From NCBI GenBank assembly GCA_026770705.1, contig JANJGN010000056.1:2108001-2172000 (forward strand): a stretch of DNA of 64,000 nt, written 5' to 3'. Below, one piece after another: positions 49,882 through 62,000 of the stretch (position 1 is the stretch's first letter; the number at the start of each line of letters is the position of its first letter). Under the pieces are notes generated by a model. The model searched no databases, was not told the origin of the DNA, and saw only the letters and a list, made by a program, of their open reading frames with translations. Made by a program: the position numbers and the translations under genes. The stretch comes from Isurus oxyrinchus (taxonomy: Eukaryota).

Positions 49882-50763
49882 CTAAATTGGTGACGACAGA
49901 ATTCTGTCGCGGGGTAAGTCTGGGCTATCGAAATGTATCACTCGCTACCTGGTGGCCATGACAGGGGCGCATCGACTCGTCATTATCCTCGACATGATAT
50001 TACCACACATTCCAATTGTTTTCCAGAAGCAGCTTCATTTCCTGAAGTACATTACTGTGTGTAATAGCTATGCCGTTCTGAGTTATGCAGCCACTAACTG
50101 TTCTGTCTGGTTCACTGTAACGTTCACTTTTAATCGATTTACAGCCATCTGTTGCCGGAAACTTAAATGTAAATATCGCACCAGAAAAACTGCGACTGTC
50201 GCCCTGGGAACAGGGACTGGTCTGAGCTGCACAAAGAGCATGTTGTGGTATGTTATGGTAACAGGCCTGTGCTGAGGAACGTCCCCTGGTTTCGTTAGTT
50301 ACGCGGGGGTTCTTGGTTGTCTCAGATCTGAGTAGCAATGGTGTTCACACATGGAATTCGAAATCCAGTAGTACCATTTACCCTGATTCTGGTGGTCATT
50401 GTTGACACGGTCAGACACATTTTAGTGAGCAGCTGAGCCAGGAAGAGACTCAGGCCTCACAACACTGGGAAGATCCCCAGAGACCCAGGAATGTAAAGTC
50501 GAAAGAAAACCATTATTATATACTTTGCAATTTCAGCGAATTCCATCTTGTTATGGTCAGTGTTAATGCTTTATTCTATATGGACCGGATGTAATATTTG
50601 GGGTATCGATCTCTAATGACAGATGTGCTGGTGCTGGAATTGGGTTTAATGCTGCAGCATCTTAGTTGCTGCACGGACACTTGCCATCACCAGGTTCAGA
50701 GCACAGTCAAGAATGTATTCAAACATCGCTTTCTTCTAATTGTTCAGTTCACTAAACAATTGA
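49882..50763 (+). pseudogene. GPR139-like GPCR pseudogene (second subfamily), main exon, copy B
   Basis: Acceptor ccttgtAG at 49881 and a 1-nt frameshift near 49898. ORF 49952 reads ...YAATNCSVWFTVTFTFNRFTAICCRKLKCKY. Stops at 50296, 50434 and 50494; TM7 remnant LELGLMLQHLSCCTDT in ORF 50598. Confidence 0.9.
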
Positions 50764-51399
50764 ACAGAACAGAACACTGCACAGAACCTACTCACTGAGC
50801 GCTTCCGGGTTTTTCTGAGTTTATTCCATATTTTAGCTTGGAATTTGCTCTTGCACTTTCGGAAAAGACCATCAGAGGCGCCTGTCACAATGATGATGCA
50901 CTGGATGTTTGCTGCCTCGCAATGGTGATAGAGTGGAGCAGGACTGTCTTTTTGGAGACCAGATGAGGATCTGGGCTAGTAGCTATGATGACAGAGCCGG
51001 TGGCAACACCTGCACTACAGTGACCAAACATTAACGTGTCCTGTTCCTTCGAAAGCCGTGGTGGGCCCTGGCTGATTCGTGGATATCACTGGCCGCCACA
51101 AACCTGCTGCTCCATTGCAACAACACCTGCCTGCCCACAAGCTGTCTCCATGACTAACGGGCGCACCTGTTTCCGGGTGGTTGAGTATTGCGCCAAGTAC
51201 ATTGCAGGATGTGAAAAACTTACATTGACCACAATGGTAGATTTGATGTAGCAGGTACAAGCGATGAGCATGGGGGTGGTAATGCTATAATGGTGCAGAT
51301 GTTATATACCAGGTTGACAAGCAAATATAGGATTATACCTCATGTTTACCTGGCTGATGGCTGATATACCTGATAGACCAGAGGAGGGTTTCGATTTCT

Positions 51400-52430
51400 A
51401 ATGTAGAGTGGAAAAGTGCGGATACATCAGATGCGAATCTTGTCTGGGGAGGCATGCCAGATTCACTGGGGAATGAGATAGCAGGGAAAATGGTGGAGGG
51501 AAAACCTTTGTTGAATTGTGGTGATGCACAAATGGAGCGAGGTAGGGGTGAATGAGATACAAGTTATGCTTCGTTGAATGCTCAAAATAAGGAGGTTCTA
51601 CATATGGAGGGACTGAAATGCCTCATAAACTGGCGAGCTGGAGCGATATATAAAGTACATGGAAGTAGAGGAAGGAGGTACTGGAGAACAATCAGTGGAG
51701 TGTGATATTTACCAGCAGCACAAGGAGAGGAGCTTGGTGTGCCAGGAACTGGTTCAGGTGTGGATAGGGAGGAGAGCCAAGTACACTGGGAGAGCTATAA
51801 AGTACACAATGGGCTGTGGAGATATTCCTGTACTGTGGGTACAGTCTGGTTGCCGAACAGATTGAGAGATAAACTAGGCATGGGGCCTGGCGTTTTTTTG
51901 TGTGCAAAGTGGCGGAAAAATTTATAAGTGAAGCAAATGAAGATGAAGTTGATATAAAAGGTAAACTGGCAGAGGGGTAAATATATAATACGTCCTGCAG
52001 GGCAGGAAAAGAAGAACAAGATTTTCCAGGGAAGGAGCAGATGCATACCAGGTACGCTGCGGGGGCTGGGAGTGGGGGAGTGTGGGGATATGCTAACTCC
52101 AATGGACGGGGAGTGATTTGTGCGGCTTGACTCGGGAATGGGTGAAATATGCGAGGCAAATCAGCGAAGAGGATGTATATCAGCTACAACTGGGGGCATG
52201 GGTGATATATTACAGGAAAAGCGGGGAGGAGTAGATATATACCATGATCACCGGGGGAGGAGCAGCTGCAGAGGTTCTATTAGATGATCGTCTCCGATGA
52301 AAGCAGCGAGGGGGGTATATATTCCGGCTACACTGGGGAAGTATGAGATTTACATCGGACGATTGGGAATTACCAATTTTCTCTCTGGAGGGTGCGCTAT
52401 GAACCGATTCTCGGGGGAGGGGAAGATCAT
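51400..52430 (-). mobile_element. Very old non-LTR fragment (paralog of 21050-22100)
   Basis: Colinear; PPPVIMVYI and LFAD remnants. Confidence 0.4.
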
Positions 52431-52884
52431 GACGGGTGACAGACATCGTAAATCCTTTCTCCCTCTCTCTCTCTCACTCTCTCGCATTCCATCTCACTCA
52501 TAAAGATAGTTCAGCGTCTTAAATAGTCAGTCAAATATCTATAATAATCGTTATTGTTTCTGCATTTCAGCATTTTGCTAAGTTCAACTGAGAAATTATT
52601 TTATAAACCTCCTTGATGATTATTTAATCTCTAAGTGTTCAGGAATCTGCAACATCTGTTTCACTGTTTATGGAAATCCGACAAAATAATTCCCAATGAG
52701 CACCAAACATGGAGCAGGGAGATATCAGGACCCATCATGGTTTTAGCTCTGTCAAGATTGGCACAAGACCTCCTGTCATATTGTCGATGAGTGATGGAGG
52801 CAGGGGATTACGGGATTCATTCAGTGATCCTGACAACCACACATGTAACATGACACAGAGTCTGAAATGCAGCAATGGAAGCCC

Positions 52885-53330
52885 TCGCGCATTAGTATTG
52901 AATATAAACATAGTAAAACAACCAAAGATGCTGCACAGAGCATTATATGACAAAGTGACATATACATAGGGCACATTTAGCACAATCCCATGGCCCAAGT
53001 TGCTTCAGCTAAGCTCCACAGAACAGAACTTGACAACTGTTCAAAGCATTCTTCAAAGTGGTTGGCCATAAGAATTATCTTAAAGGCGGAAGGAGGGCCG
53101 AGGTCTGGAGTGGTGCTGGGAGGGATTCCAAAGCATGGACTGTAAGCAACTGACGGCAAGTTCAGCAGTGGTGGAAAAATCACAGTTGGGAAGGTTCACG
53201 CAGCCAGAATTATATGACCACAGATATCACAGTAACTTGTGAGGGAGGAAGAAATTACAGCGATAGGGAAGGGAAAGCCACGAAGAGACATCACAGATGT
53301 CATTATGACGTTTTGTTTGCAACTGACCAA
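52885..53330 (-). mobile_element. L2-type 3' fragment (paralog of 22545-23035)
   Basis: tcttaaaggcggaaggaggg...gggagggattccaaagc...ttacagcgatagggaaggg. Confidence 0.6.
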
Positions 53331-54589
53331 GGAGCGAATGATTAGAAGGTTTCCCTCGCCTCCTGCTTATTAGCACAAATATTATTGACTTTTAATGAAG
53401 CAAGAACTGGAGGTGTCACAGGTTCTCAGATCGAGGTGAGGGTGCAAAGTACAGAAAATCCGAATTAGAACACTATGTTTTTCTAAAAAGAATGCTCGCC
53501 TTTCAGAGATAATAGACATGGGACTGATCACTAAACACACAGAAAAAACAGCTTTCCGAAATAATTTGCTTGGTTTTGCTTTAAAAGAAAAAAAATGCGC
53601 ATTATTACATCGATCTTGTTTAATGTGAACACCTTTGTGGGCTGAAGCTTTATTTAGCTTTTAGTGGTAACAGTGATTATTTCACCCTTTCTCCTCCCCC
53701 AAGGAAACTGACAGGAGGCGCTTTAAATCAGCAGATGCTTTTTACCCTCTGCTTATCTTTCTCTAAGCCTATTTATTTTTTTAATCTTGTTGCTCTGATC
53801 AAAGCGATAGGGCGAGGAGTAGAGAGGAAGGGAATATTAATCTGCGTCAAAAACCCAGGAAGGGACGGATTTATGTAGACAGTATTGCTTCCATTATTAT
53901 TTTTACTGTAGCCAACACATACCCTCAGTGAAAGGAGAGTGAAATGGAAAGGGCAGGAGCGGGATCTGAACCTGTGGCTACAAAGCGGTGCAATAACTCT
54001 TCAGATCTTTGCCGAGCAGAGACTTAATGAGGTTAGTTACAGTCTGGTAAAAAATCAGCAGCTTCTCTGTCTCGGCCTCTCTTTCTTTCTCTCTCTCTCG
54101 CAGACACACAGACCTCTCATCTCTCTCTTGCGTTCATTTCTCTCTCTCTCTCTTATCTCGTTTGTCTTCCCTGAAATAACATCGCCTTCACGTTTTTTCC
54201 ATGTTCCCGAATCCACCTCATCCATCTATCCTGCGCAGTATTCTCGGGACTGGAGCATTAGAAAGGGGAAAGTTACCTGGACACGGTAGTCAGTTCAAAA
54301 AAACTGGATAAAGCAAACTCTAACGCAGGGAACTGATCTGTTAGTAAACACAGAGAAGTGAAATACCTTGGGATGCCTTATGGCTCTTGTTGGAGTGCAT
54401 AACACAGAAATGTATGCAGTCACAGGGAGCACGGTGTCAGGCTTACTGTTCTCCAGGCAGTGAAATTCATGTAACTATTCATAACTGAAGCGTTGGAGTT
54501 GTCCCAGAGAGAACTCACACATTTGGACACTCTCAGAAACATTAGAGTTTTTATAAGCAAGGAAAGCTTCCAAATGTATGAAATCAGGA

Positions 54590-54870
54590 AATAAATCCTC
54601 GCATAATATTCCCACCAATTGGGACAATGGATCTATTGGATTGTCTTTAAAAATCTAGTTCTGTAATGTCATTTAAGGGAAGAAATATTTCGCCTTCACA
54701 CTGTTCGCCTACAAGTGATTCCAATCTCATGGTAACGTGGTTGACTCTTAACTGCCCTTTGAAATGGCCGAGCAAATAATCAGCTTTATAAACACGCTGC
54801 AGATAAGTGGAATAAGGGTGAAATGGAACTGCCTACCCAGCTTGAACCGAGGGACTGCTCAGCACCCAAA
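54590..54870 (+). mobile_element. Old family A 5' region / SINE body (paralog of 24290-24570)
   Basis: gtggttgactcttaactgccctttgaaatggccgagcaa. Confidence 0.6.
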
Positions 54871-55689
54871 TCTCTGGTAAAATTATAGATCAGCAACAAA
54901 AGCAGATCATGCTGCGATGGTCACCACCGATGAATGACGAGGGCAAAGTACAATTAAACCAGTCGCGACTCAGTTACATTTGGGGACAAACAGAAATCCT
55001 GATCGTAATTGTATACCAGTTTGTTCAATCTTACGAAGTTAATAAGTATGTACCTACCTGGTAAAGTTACAAATTCAATCTGCCTAAATAGTAACACTGA
55101 CCATAGACGTTGCGCAGAACGTTATGGAATTGTGTCCTTCACAGGCCTGGATGAGTCCAACGTGGAAATACAAAGGAAATGAATCCGAAAAATCCACCTG
55201 CCTTTGTTTTTAACGTTACATATCTGGAATAAGTAGCAAGTTAATTTTTTTTTTTAAAAAGTAATCATGAATTATTTAAATCCATCTAGTTCCCTGGCGA
55301 TTGTTATGGAAGACTTTAACAGGACTAGATGGCATATGACACAGGGCCCACAACAATGCAATTAACATTTAACTGTCCGCTGGAAAACTGGTCCGGAGGT
55401 CTGCACAGCCGAGAAGACATATACAAAATATTTACTGAACTCATGATTTTTGCGACTGATTAAGTTCTAAATGTCTTAAGCGTTAACGTTCTTTTAAAAT
55501 AAAATAATATTTGTTGCATTTACAGTTAATTAAACATTAATCTTGACTTTTTTTCGTTTCATTTTATTCTCTCAGTGCAAGGTGTCCACTTATAGTACCC
55601 ACAGAAATTGTTCCGCGACGAGATTGAGCAAGTTACCGCGACTGATGAATTCTTTTTCTGTTTGTTCTCTTCTTCCAACCACCAGCAGG

Positions 55690-56668
55690 AAGGCATTTTT
55701 AAGGAACTGATCGCAGAAGATGTAGGAATTCATGATCCAGTGAGACAGAGTGAACATGATTTTCTGAAATCACAATCGTGCACAAATTTATTCCTGTTGT
55801 TTCAGGATGTAACAAGCAGGATGAGGAAAGAGGACTTTTGGATGCAGGTTTAATTCGAATTACTAAAACGTATCTGATACGTTTTCAAGAGAAAAAACGT
55901 TATTACACATGCTACATCGTCATGGTTTCAGTGGAACATTGCATCATGTCTATCGGGTGGCTTAACAGTGAAAAGAGTCGACAGCTTTGGCCTGAGGCAA
56001 AGCTGGCAAACTTTATCTATAGGGGTGAGGGTGCTATAGGGCTCAGTCCAATGGCCTCATGTTTACCCAAATCGTTTTACAATGTTGACTTGGATAAAGA
56101 AATAGAGTGCAGTGTGGTGAACTTTACTGACGATTTAAACGTGCATTCCAAAATAATTTTGAATCCATTGCGAAGAGTCTGCAACAAATGTTAAGTGCTT
56201 GTGCAAAAATAATAAAAATCAGGTTGCAGGGGAACAGAGGTGAATTTCACATTGTCACTTTGGTAGGGATAATAGAGGCTGAAGATTTAAAGGTGAATAT
56301 AGAGTTCTGTCTGCTGCAGCAGAAGGGCTTTAGTTGTTCTGGAATACGAATCGTGAAGAGTTAGCATACAGGTAGAGTAGGTAGAAAGACCTGGATATTA
56401 TTGTAAAATGAATTGTATATAAAAAAAGGATAGTTTCCTTTTTATCCACAAGTTGTTGTAACCGGAAATGCACAGATTTAATGGGAGGTGGAAGTAAATT
56501 CAATAACACCTTTAAAAAAGTTTAATTGTAAAAATACTTGAAGGTGAATGGTTTGTCGGGTGGTGCATGTCGAGCAGGTTGGAAAGAGGTGTGATCGGAT
56601 AGTGCTGTCAGAGAGATGTCACAGGCACTGTTGTACAATTGCCTGCTCTGCTGTATGTTTCCTTCGTT
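55690..56668 (+). mobile_element. Old CR1-type LINE; homology to copy A ends at ~56374, followed by a different CR1-like 3' end
   Basis: ORF 55608 VRQSEHDFLKSQSCTNL...FQDVT and ORF 55778 VVNFTDD. Confidence 0.65.
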
Positions 56669-57879
56669 AATCATGGACAGTAATTCTCTAAATGGCCTCC
56701 AGTGGAAACATGACTGAAATTGGAGCTTTTGTTTATGAATAAACGACTTGGTTTGGTGACTCGTGTAATCTTTGATTCCAGTGGCTGTTGGACTTAGTTA
56801 ATGAACTGTACATTCACCAAGGGAAAATTGTGCCACTACCCACGGTTGGTGTTTGATTGGTGAACACAGAATACTGCCCGAGTTCATAAAAGGACTTATA
56901 TGCTCCATTCATTTGATTGTTTCTATGAGCAACTGAGTGTAAGCTTGGGAAAGCACTGCTCTTGCTCCTTGGTGTCCTGATACTGATGAATCCGTTTAAT
57001 ACTGTACCCATGTGCTTTGCTCATGTTTTCGAAGGCCAGTATATTTCGAGGTAGTCAATATCTAGAACCATTCATAAGAACAGGATGAGGTAATTTCCCC
57101 CCTCATATTTGTTTCCAGAATTGGTTCATTGCTGATGAGCACCCTAACTTCACCAAAGTTCATTAGCACTGCAACTCTCAATATATTTTTTAACCTGAGA
57201 AAAACTCTATTAATCTCAGTGATGCGTTTTTTGTAAAATAAAGGACTTTGCTTATCTTTAAGTTATCCCAATAACTTCAGCTTTTACTTCTCCTGCAATG
57301 AACTGCACTTGCCAGCACCTATTCCCAATTCTCATCTGCATGGAGCTTCACGGCTAAATCACCTAACAATACAGGGTTACTTTTTTAAACCTTTATAGCA
57401 ACAAGTTCTGTCTCACCAACATATTCCTGCGCTCCCTAGGTTTCCTCTTGATTGCTTGCTTCAGCTTGTTTATTTGACATCACATAGCGAACGTAAAGTC
57501 ATGTGCCCCCAGTTTAATACTGGGAAGACTTAAGCCATGATTTCCAAACAACGGACTACAGTTTATTGCCTTGCTTCCAATGACTGCCCTGTCCCAATTG
57601 TTTGTGTGAAGTGAAGTGACACTGTTTTCAGCGTTGGTGAAGTAATTCCTTCCAAGATATGACTCCTGCCACATAAATTTGTTATTCTTATAAATAAGCT
57701 GTTCCAGTCTGTAACATCCCCTGACTATCGGTGTTCAGTCGTCAGCTGTTGAAATCTTCAATCAGGCAATATTTAAATTTGGAACTGAATATTCCCACGG
57801 ATTGTTTGCTGGTCCCACACATACAGACCTCCATAAATTAAAGGCCATATTTTTTTTGTGGTCCATATCCTGAGTCCAA

Positions 57880-58145
57880 ACATTAAGATTATTCGTTGAG
57901 AATTTTGTGCTCATTGACATATGTTTGTTCACAGTTAATAAATGTTTGGATTTTAAAACGCTCAGCCTTGTTTTCAAATGCCTCCAAGGCCTTATTATTT
58001 TTCTATCTCCTTAATTTCCTCCAGCTTCAGAATTCACTAAATCTCTGCACTCCGATAAATGAGGGTACGAGTGCATCGCCTTTTTTAATTGATCCAGTTT
58101 TGGCCGCCGTGCCAACAGCTGCGCGGCCTAGAGTTCTGGAATTAG
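57880..58145 (+). mobile_element. L2-type LINE C-terminal fragment
   Basis: gattttaaaacgctcagccttgttttcaaatgcctccaaggcctt (FKxLxLVFKxLxGL) and ggccgccgtgccaacagctgcgcggcctagagttctggaatt (GxRAFS...LWN). Confidence 0.7.
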
Positions 58146-58199
58146 CACGGAATTAGCATGAAAATATGGGACTTGGGGAGATAGACTGCGAGTTTCTTC

Positions 58200-59753
58200 A
58201 GCAAATTGATGTAGGGAGTGGCGAGATATTGGAGGTGTTGGCCAGCTTAAAAGTGGGCAAAACTCAAGGTACGGATTCTTATGTCCCAGGCTGCTGAGGG
58301 AGACAATGGAAGAAATCGCAGGCGCTCTTCACGAAATTATGAATTCCTATATTGCCACGGTGAAGTTGCCAGAGGACCAGAGAACAGCTAATGTGGTTCC
58401 GCTATTTTAGAAGGGTTTTAGTGTTAAGCAAGGGAATGACAGACCAGTGGGTCTCAAGTCAGTGGTAGGGAAACTCATGGAGTAAATTCCGAAGTAGAGA
58501 ATCTATCTCAGCGTGGAGAGGCAAGGTTTGATCTGGGATAGTCAGGATGTCTTTGTCAGGGGGTGTCATTCCCAACGAATTTGATTGGATTTTTTGAGGA
58601 GTTAAACAGTTGTTTAGATGAGGGTAGTGCAGTTGATGCAGTTTAGATGCATTTCTGCAAAGCCTTTGACACGGCCCCACATGGGAGAATTAAAAAGATG
58701 GCAAATGCACATGGGATACAGAGCGATTTGATAAGGTAGATTCAAAATTGCCTCAGTTGTAGGAGGTAGAGTGTGACACAGAAGGATGCTGTAGTGACTG
58801 GATGCCATGTCCAGTGGCATACCACAGGGAGATGTGCTGGGTCCCCTAATATTCGTCATTTATATAAAGGACATAGATGACTATGTGGCAAGTAGGATAA
58901 TTACATTTGTGGATTACACAATGGCTGACCGAATGTTTTAAGTGAGGTTTGTTGTCTATGCTATGGGATGATAGAGATGTGATGATCAAACGGGCAGCTA
59001 AGTGGCAGGTGGAATTTAAGACTGAAAAGTGTGAGGGAATACACTTTGGAAGGGGTAATTTGACAAGGAAGTAGTCAATAAACGGCACAACAATAGGAAA
59101 TACTGAGCAACCATTGGACCTTGGCGTGTGTGTCCATATCTGAAGGCGGAATGGACAGTTCGGGTTGTGGTGATAAAGGCACATGGGACACTTGCCTTTA
59201 TCATTCGAGTCATAGGTTACAGAAGTAGGGAGGTCATGCTGGATGCTGGGTGCAGTTCTGGTCCCCATTTTTAGGAAGGAGGTGATTACACTGGAGGGGT
59301 GCAGGGTAGATTCAAGAGGATGTTGCCTGGGATGAAACATTCAAGTTATAAAGAGAATAGGATAGACTTGGGATATTTTCGTTGGAGCAGAGAAGACTGA
59401 GGGCCGAGCAGATCAAGGTGTATATGATTACGAGGCGACTGGATTCTTAGTTGAACTACCAGTCAAGAGGGGGCATCAGTACAAGATGAGGGACAGGTGG
59501 TTTAGTGGTGATTGAGGAAAAGTTTTTTTTTTATCGTGTGGAAGGAACTGCCTGGAGGGGTGCTGGAGGCATTTTCCCTCACATCATTTAAAAAGCACCA
59601 GGATAAGCACATGGCACGTCACAATGTTCAAGGTTATGTGCCAAGTGCTGGAAAATGTGATCAGGTAGGGAGGTCAGTTTTCTTTCCACATGTCGCTGCA
59701 AACTCGATGGGCCGAAGGGCCTCTTCTACACTGCCTGATTCTGTGATTCTGAT
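58200..59753 (+). mobile_element. CR1/HER1-type LINE, RT domain to 3' tail (5'-truncated, decayed)
   Basis: ANVVPLF, RPVGLKSVVGKLME, KAFD, SGIPQGDVLGPLIFVIYIKDID, VWKELP motifs; terminal gattctgtgattctgatt. Confidence 0.9.
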
Positions 59754-59769
59754 TGTACCAATTTTTCAG

Positions 59770-60160
59770 TGTATGTGACAGAGCGAGTGTGTCAGCGGGT
59801 ATGTGAGGCAGGGAGCGAGTGGGTCCACTGTTTCTGAGAGACAGAGGGGCTTTCAGTATGTGTGAGGCAGAGGGCGAATATCAGTGTGCGTGTGACGTGG
59901 AAAGCGAGTGTGTCCATTGTGTGGGAGAGAGGGAGAGCGAGTATCACTCTGTCTCTGAGACAGAGAGCGAATATTGATGTGTGTGTGAGACAGAGAGCAA
60001 GCATATCAACATTTGTGAGAGACAGAGCGAGTGTGTCAGTTTGTGTGAGAGACAAAGATTGAGTGTGTGTGTGTCAGTGTTTGTGTGTAAGAGAGTGAGC
60101 GAGTGTGACCGGGTAAATGGGAGACAGAGAGCGTGTGTCTCCAATGTCTGTGTGTGAGAC
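59770..60160. repeat. GA/GT-rich minisatellite (~30-nt unit gtgtgtgagacagagagcgagtgtgtca)
   Basis: gagacagag(a)gcga recurs about every 30 nt. Confidence 0.8.
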
Positions 60161-60400
60161 ATGGTGTGCGGAATTGGGGTGGGTGCAATGGATGCTGAGG
60201 GAGAGAGGGCTGGAACCTCCTGCTGTTTGGGTGTGAGCAATAACAGGCCCCGAATTAACTGACAATCCTGCAGAAGGAGTGGAGACAATTTATGAAGGTG
60301 TCTTGGTATTGAGTACACTCAGATTGTGTGAGCACCTGCTGAATGGGGTCTCTGATCTCGCTGCAATTTTTCAACGAGATCTCCGGTTCCATCCGTGAAC
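60150..60400 (-). pseudogene. Possible decayed RING-finger (TRIM-like) exon
   Basis: Minus strand has acceptor caacAG at 60401, ATG at 60392, then MEPEISLKNCSEIRDPIQQVLTQSECTQYQDTFINCLHSFCR. CLHSFC is a RING C-H-C core, but other ligands need substitutions or frameshifts. Confidence 0.3.
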
Positions 60401-60449
60401 CTGTTGACAGAGCAGTCGATGGAATTAAAAGATTGCGTGTTTCTGCAGG

Positions 60450-60900
60450 ACCCCACGGAGCACACACGACCACCCCACCCCTCAGAGTCCACATGCACCC
60501 CTACCCCAGGGACCACACGCCCCCAGCATCCCCAGAAACACACGCCCCCCAACCCACACCGTGACCACACTCACCCCGCACCCCAGAACCAGAACTCCAC
60601 ACCCCTAGCAATGGGGACCGCACTCCCCTACACAGCCCACGAACACACGCCACAGCACCCAGGAAACACAAGCCCTCCCACCAAACTGGAGCCACAAACT
60701 CCCACCCCCACCATTGGACCACCCGCCCCATCCACAGCGTTATCACAAGACATATGACGCCCCCACCCCAGGACCACACCCCCCCCCCCCCCCACCCTGG
60801 GCACGACACGCACCACTAACCTGGGGAACACCCGCACCCCACCTATGGGACCACTCGCCACCACACCCCCACCACCCCAGAACACAAGCCCTCCCTCCAG
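60450..60900. repeat. C/A-rich low-complexity tandem repeat (ccacacnccccc); G-rich on minus strand
   Basis: Recurrent gaccacac..ccc and caccccag motifs, with a long C run at ~60779-60793. Confidence 0.75.
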
Positions 60901-61049
60901 CCTGAGAATTGTGGAACTGTTTCAGGAACATGTTCAGTGCTGGGACAGGGGGCACCGAGGAAGCAGAATTTCTGCACGGCATAAATCAGCAAAACAGCTT
61001 GGTGATCATGGAAAGAAAACCTGTTTGCTCAGTCTCTTTCCTCTCTCCT

Positions 61050-61488
61050 TCTATAGGGTGTGGGCTTTGCTGGCTGGGCTAGCATTTATTGTCCATACCT
61101 AATTGGCCCTTTGAGAAGGTGGTGATCAGCTGGTTTCTTGAGCCGCTGCTGTCAATGTTGTAAAGGTGTTCCCACAGTGTTGTTATTTTGGGCCGTGCTG
61201 TCCAAAGAGCTTTGGGGAGTTGCTGCAGTACAGTTATAGATGGTCCACGCTGCTGCTACTGAGCGTCTGCGGTGGAGGGAGTGAATATTTGTGGATGTGG
61301 TGCCAATCCAGCGGGACTGCTTTGTCCTGGATGGTGTTTAGCTTCCTGAGCATTGCGGGAGCTGCACTTATCCAGGCAAATGTAGAATATTCCATCACAC
61401 TCCTGACGTGTGCTCTGCAGATGATGGACAACCTTTGGCGAGTCAGGAGGTGAGTTATGCACCACTGGTTTCCTAGCTTCTAACCTGT
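61050..61488 (-). mobile_element. Family A LINE 3' fragment with internal deletion
   Basis: ORF 61234..61431(-) RAHVRSVMEYSTFAWISAAPAMLRKLNTIQDKA; tail ctagcatttattgtccatacctaattggccc. Confidence 0.85.
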
Positions 61489-61489
61489 G

Positions 61490-61665
61490 GATGGATAGGT
61501 ATTGGCCCCGAGAAACGGATGAGATCTCACACCATGTTCTGGCATGAGTTGGCAAGGGATATTTCACTTCCACCCGAGAAGGAGCATGACAGCCTCATTT
61601 TAATATCTCATTAGCAATCTCTCAGCTCTGACTCTCCAACAGTGCAGCACTCCCACAGTACTTTC
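61490..61665 (-). mobile_element. DeuSINE (SacSINE1-like) fragment
   Basis: ggataggtattggcccc...gggatatttcacttccacccgagaagg...ttaatatctcat...ctccaacagtgcagcactccc follows the reverse Deu-domain layout. Confidence 0.65.
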
Positions 61666-61864
61666 CCTATCGAAAGTCCGTTGCTAACTCAGACCTCACC
61701 CTCTGGCCATGCAGCGCACCCTCAGCACTGGCCCTCTGTTAGTGCGGCACCCGCTTAGCACCGACCATCCGTGAATGCTGCGGCAGCTCAGCACTGACCC
61801 ACCAACAGTATGGCACTCCCTCAGCACTGCCCCTGTGACAGTGCGGCGTGCCCTAAGCACTGAC
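61640..61864. repeat. 33-nt minisatellite, ~7 units (cagtgcggcactccctcagcactgaccctctga-like)
   Basis: Units start at about 61640, 61674, 61707, 61740, 61773, 61806 and 61839. Confidence 0.85.
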
Positions 61865-62000
61865 TGTATTCGCACTGTGTACTGCTAGCATGCTGAATCT
61901 CCCTTTCTATCCCGCTATTTATCTGCCCCATCATTTCTCCCACTCTCCACCTCTGCCCCATTCTCTCTCTGTCTATCTGTCCGTGTCACACATTTTCACG

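Larger units (their letters stand above)
30815..56374 (+). repeat. Segmental duplication, copy B (~25.5 kb; paralogous to 1130-26087)
   Basis: Same order of repeats, gene and pseudogene as copy A; many track ORFs pair up (8421/38401, 9160/39123, 10185/40095, 14521/44804). Confidence 0.95.

Noticed and set aside
30815-56374. Assembly artefact (uncollapsed haplotype)
   Set aside because: About 15-20% divergence with private insertions, deletions and an inversion is far beyond allelic difference.
59792-60982. Dense stack of overlapping Pro/Thr/His- and Gly/Val-rich ORFs
   Set aside because: Products of stop-poor low-complexity repeats.
61640-61864. CRISPR-like array of 33-nt palindromic repeats
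   Set aside because: Units are contiguous with no unique spacers, there are no cas genes, and the context is vertebrate. It is a SINE-derived minisatellite.
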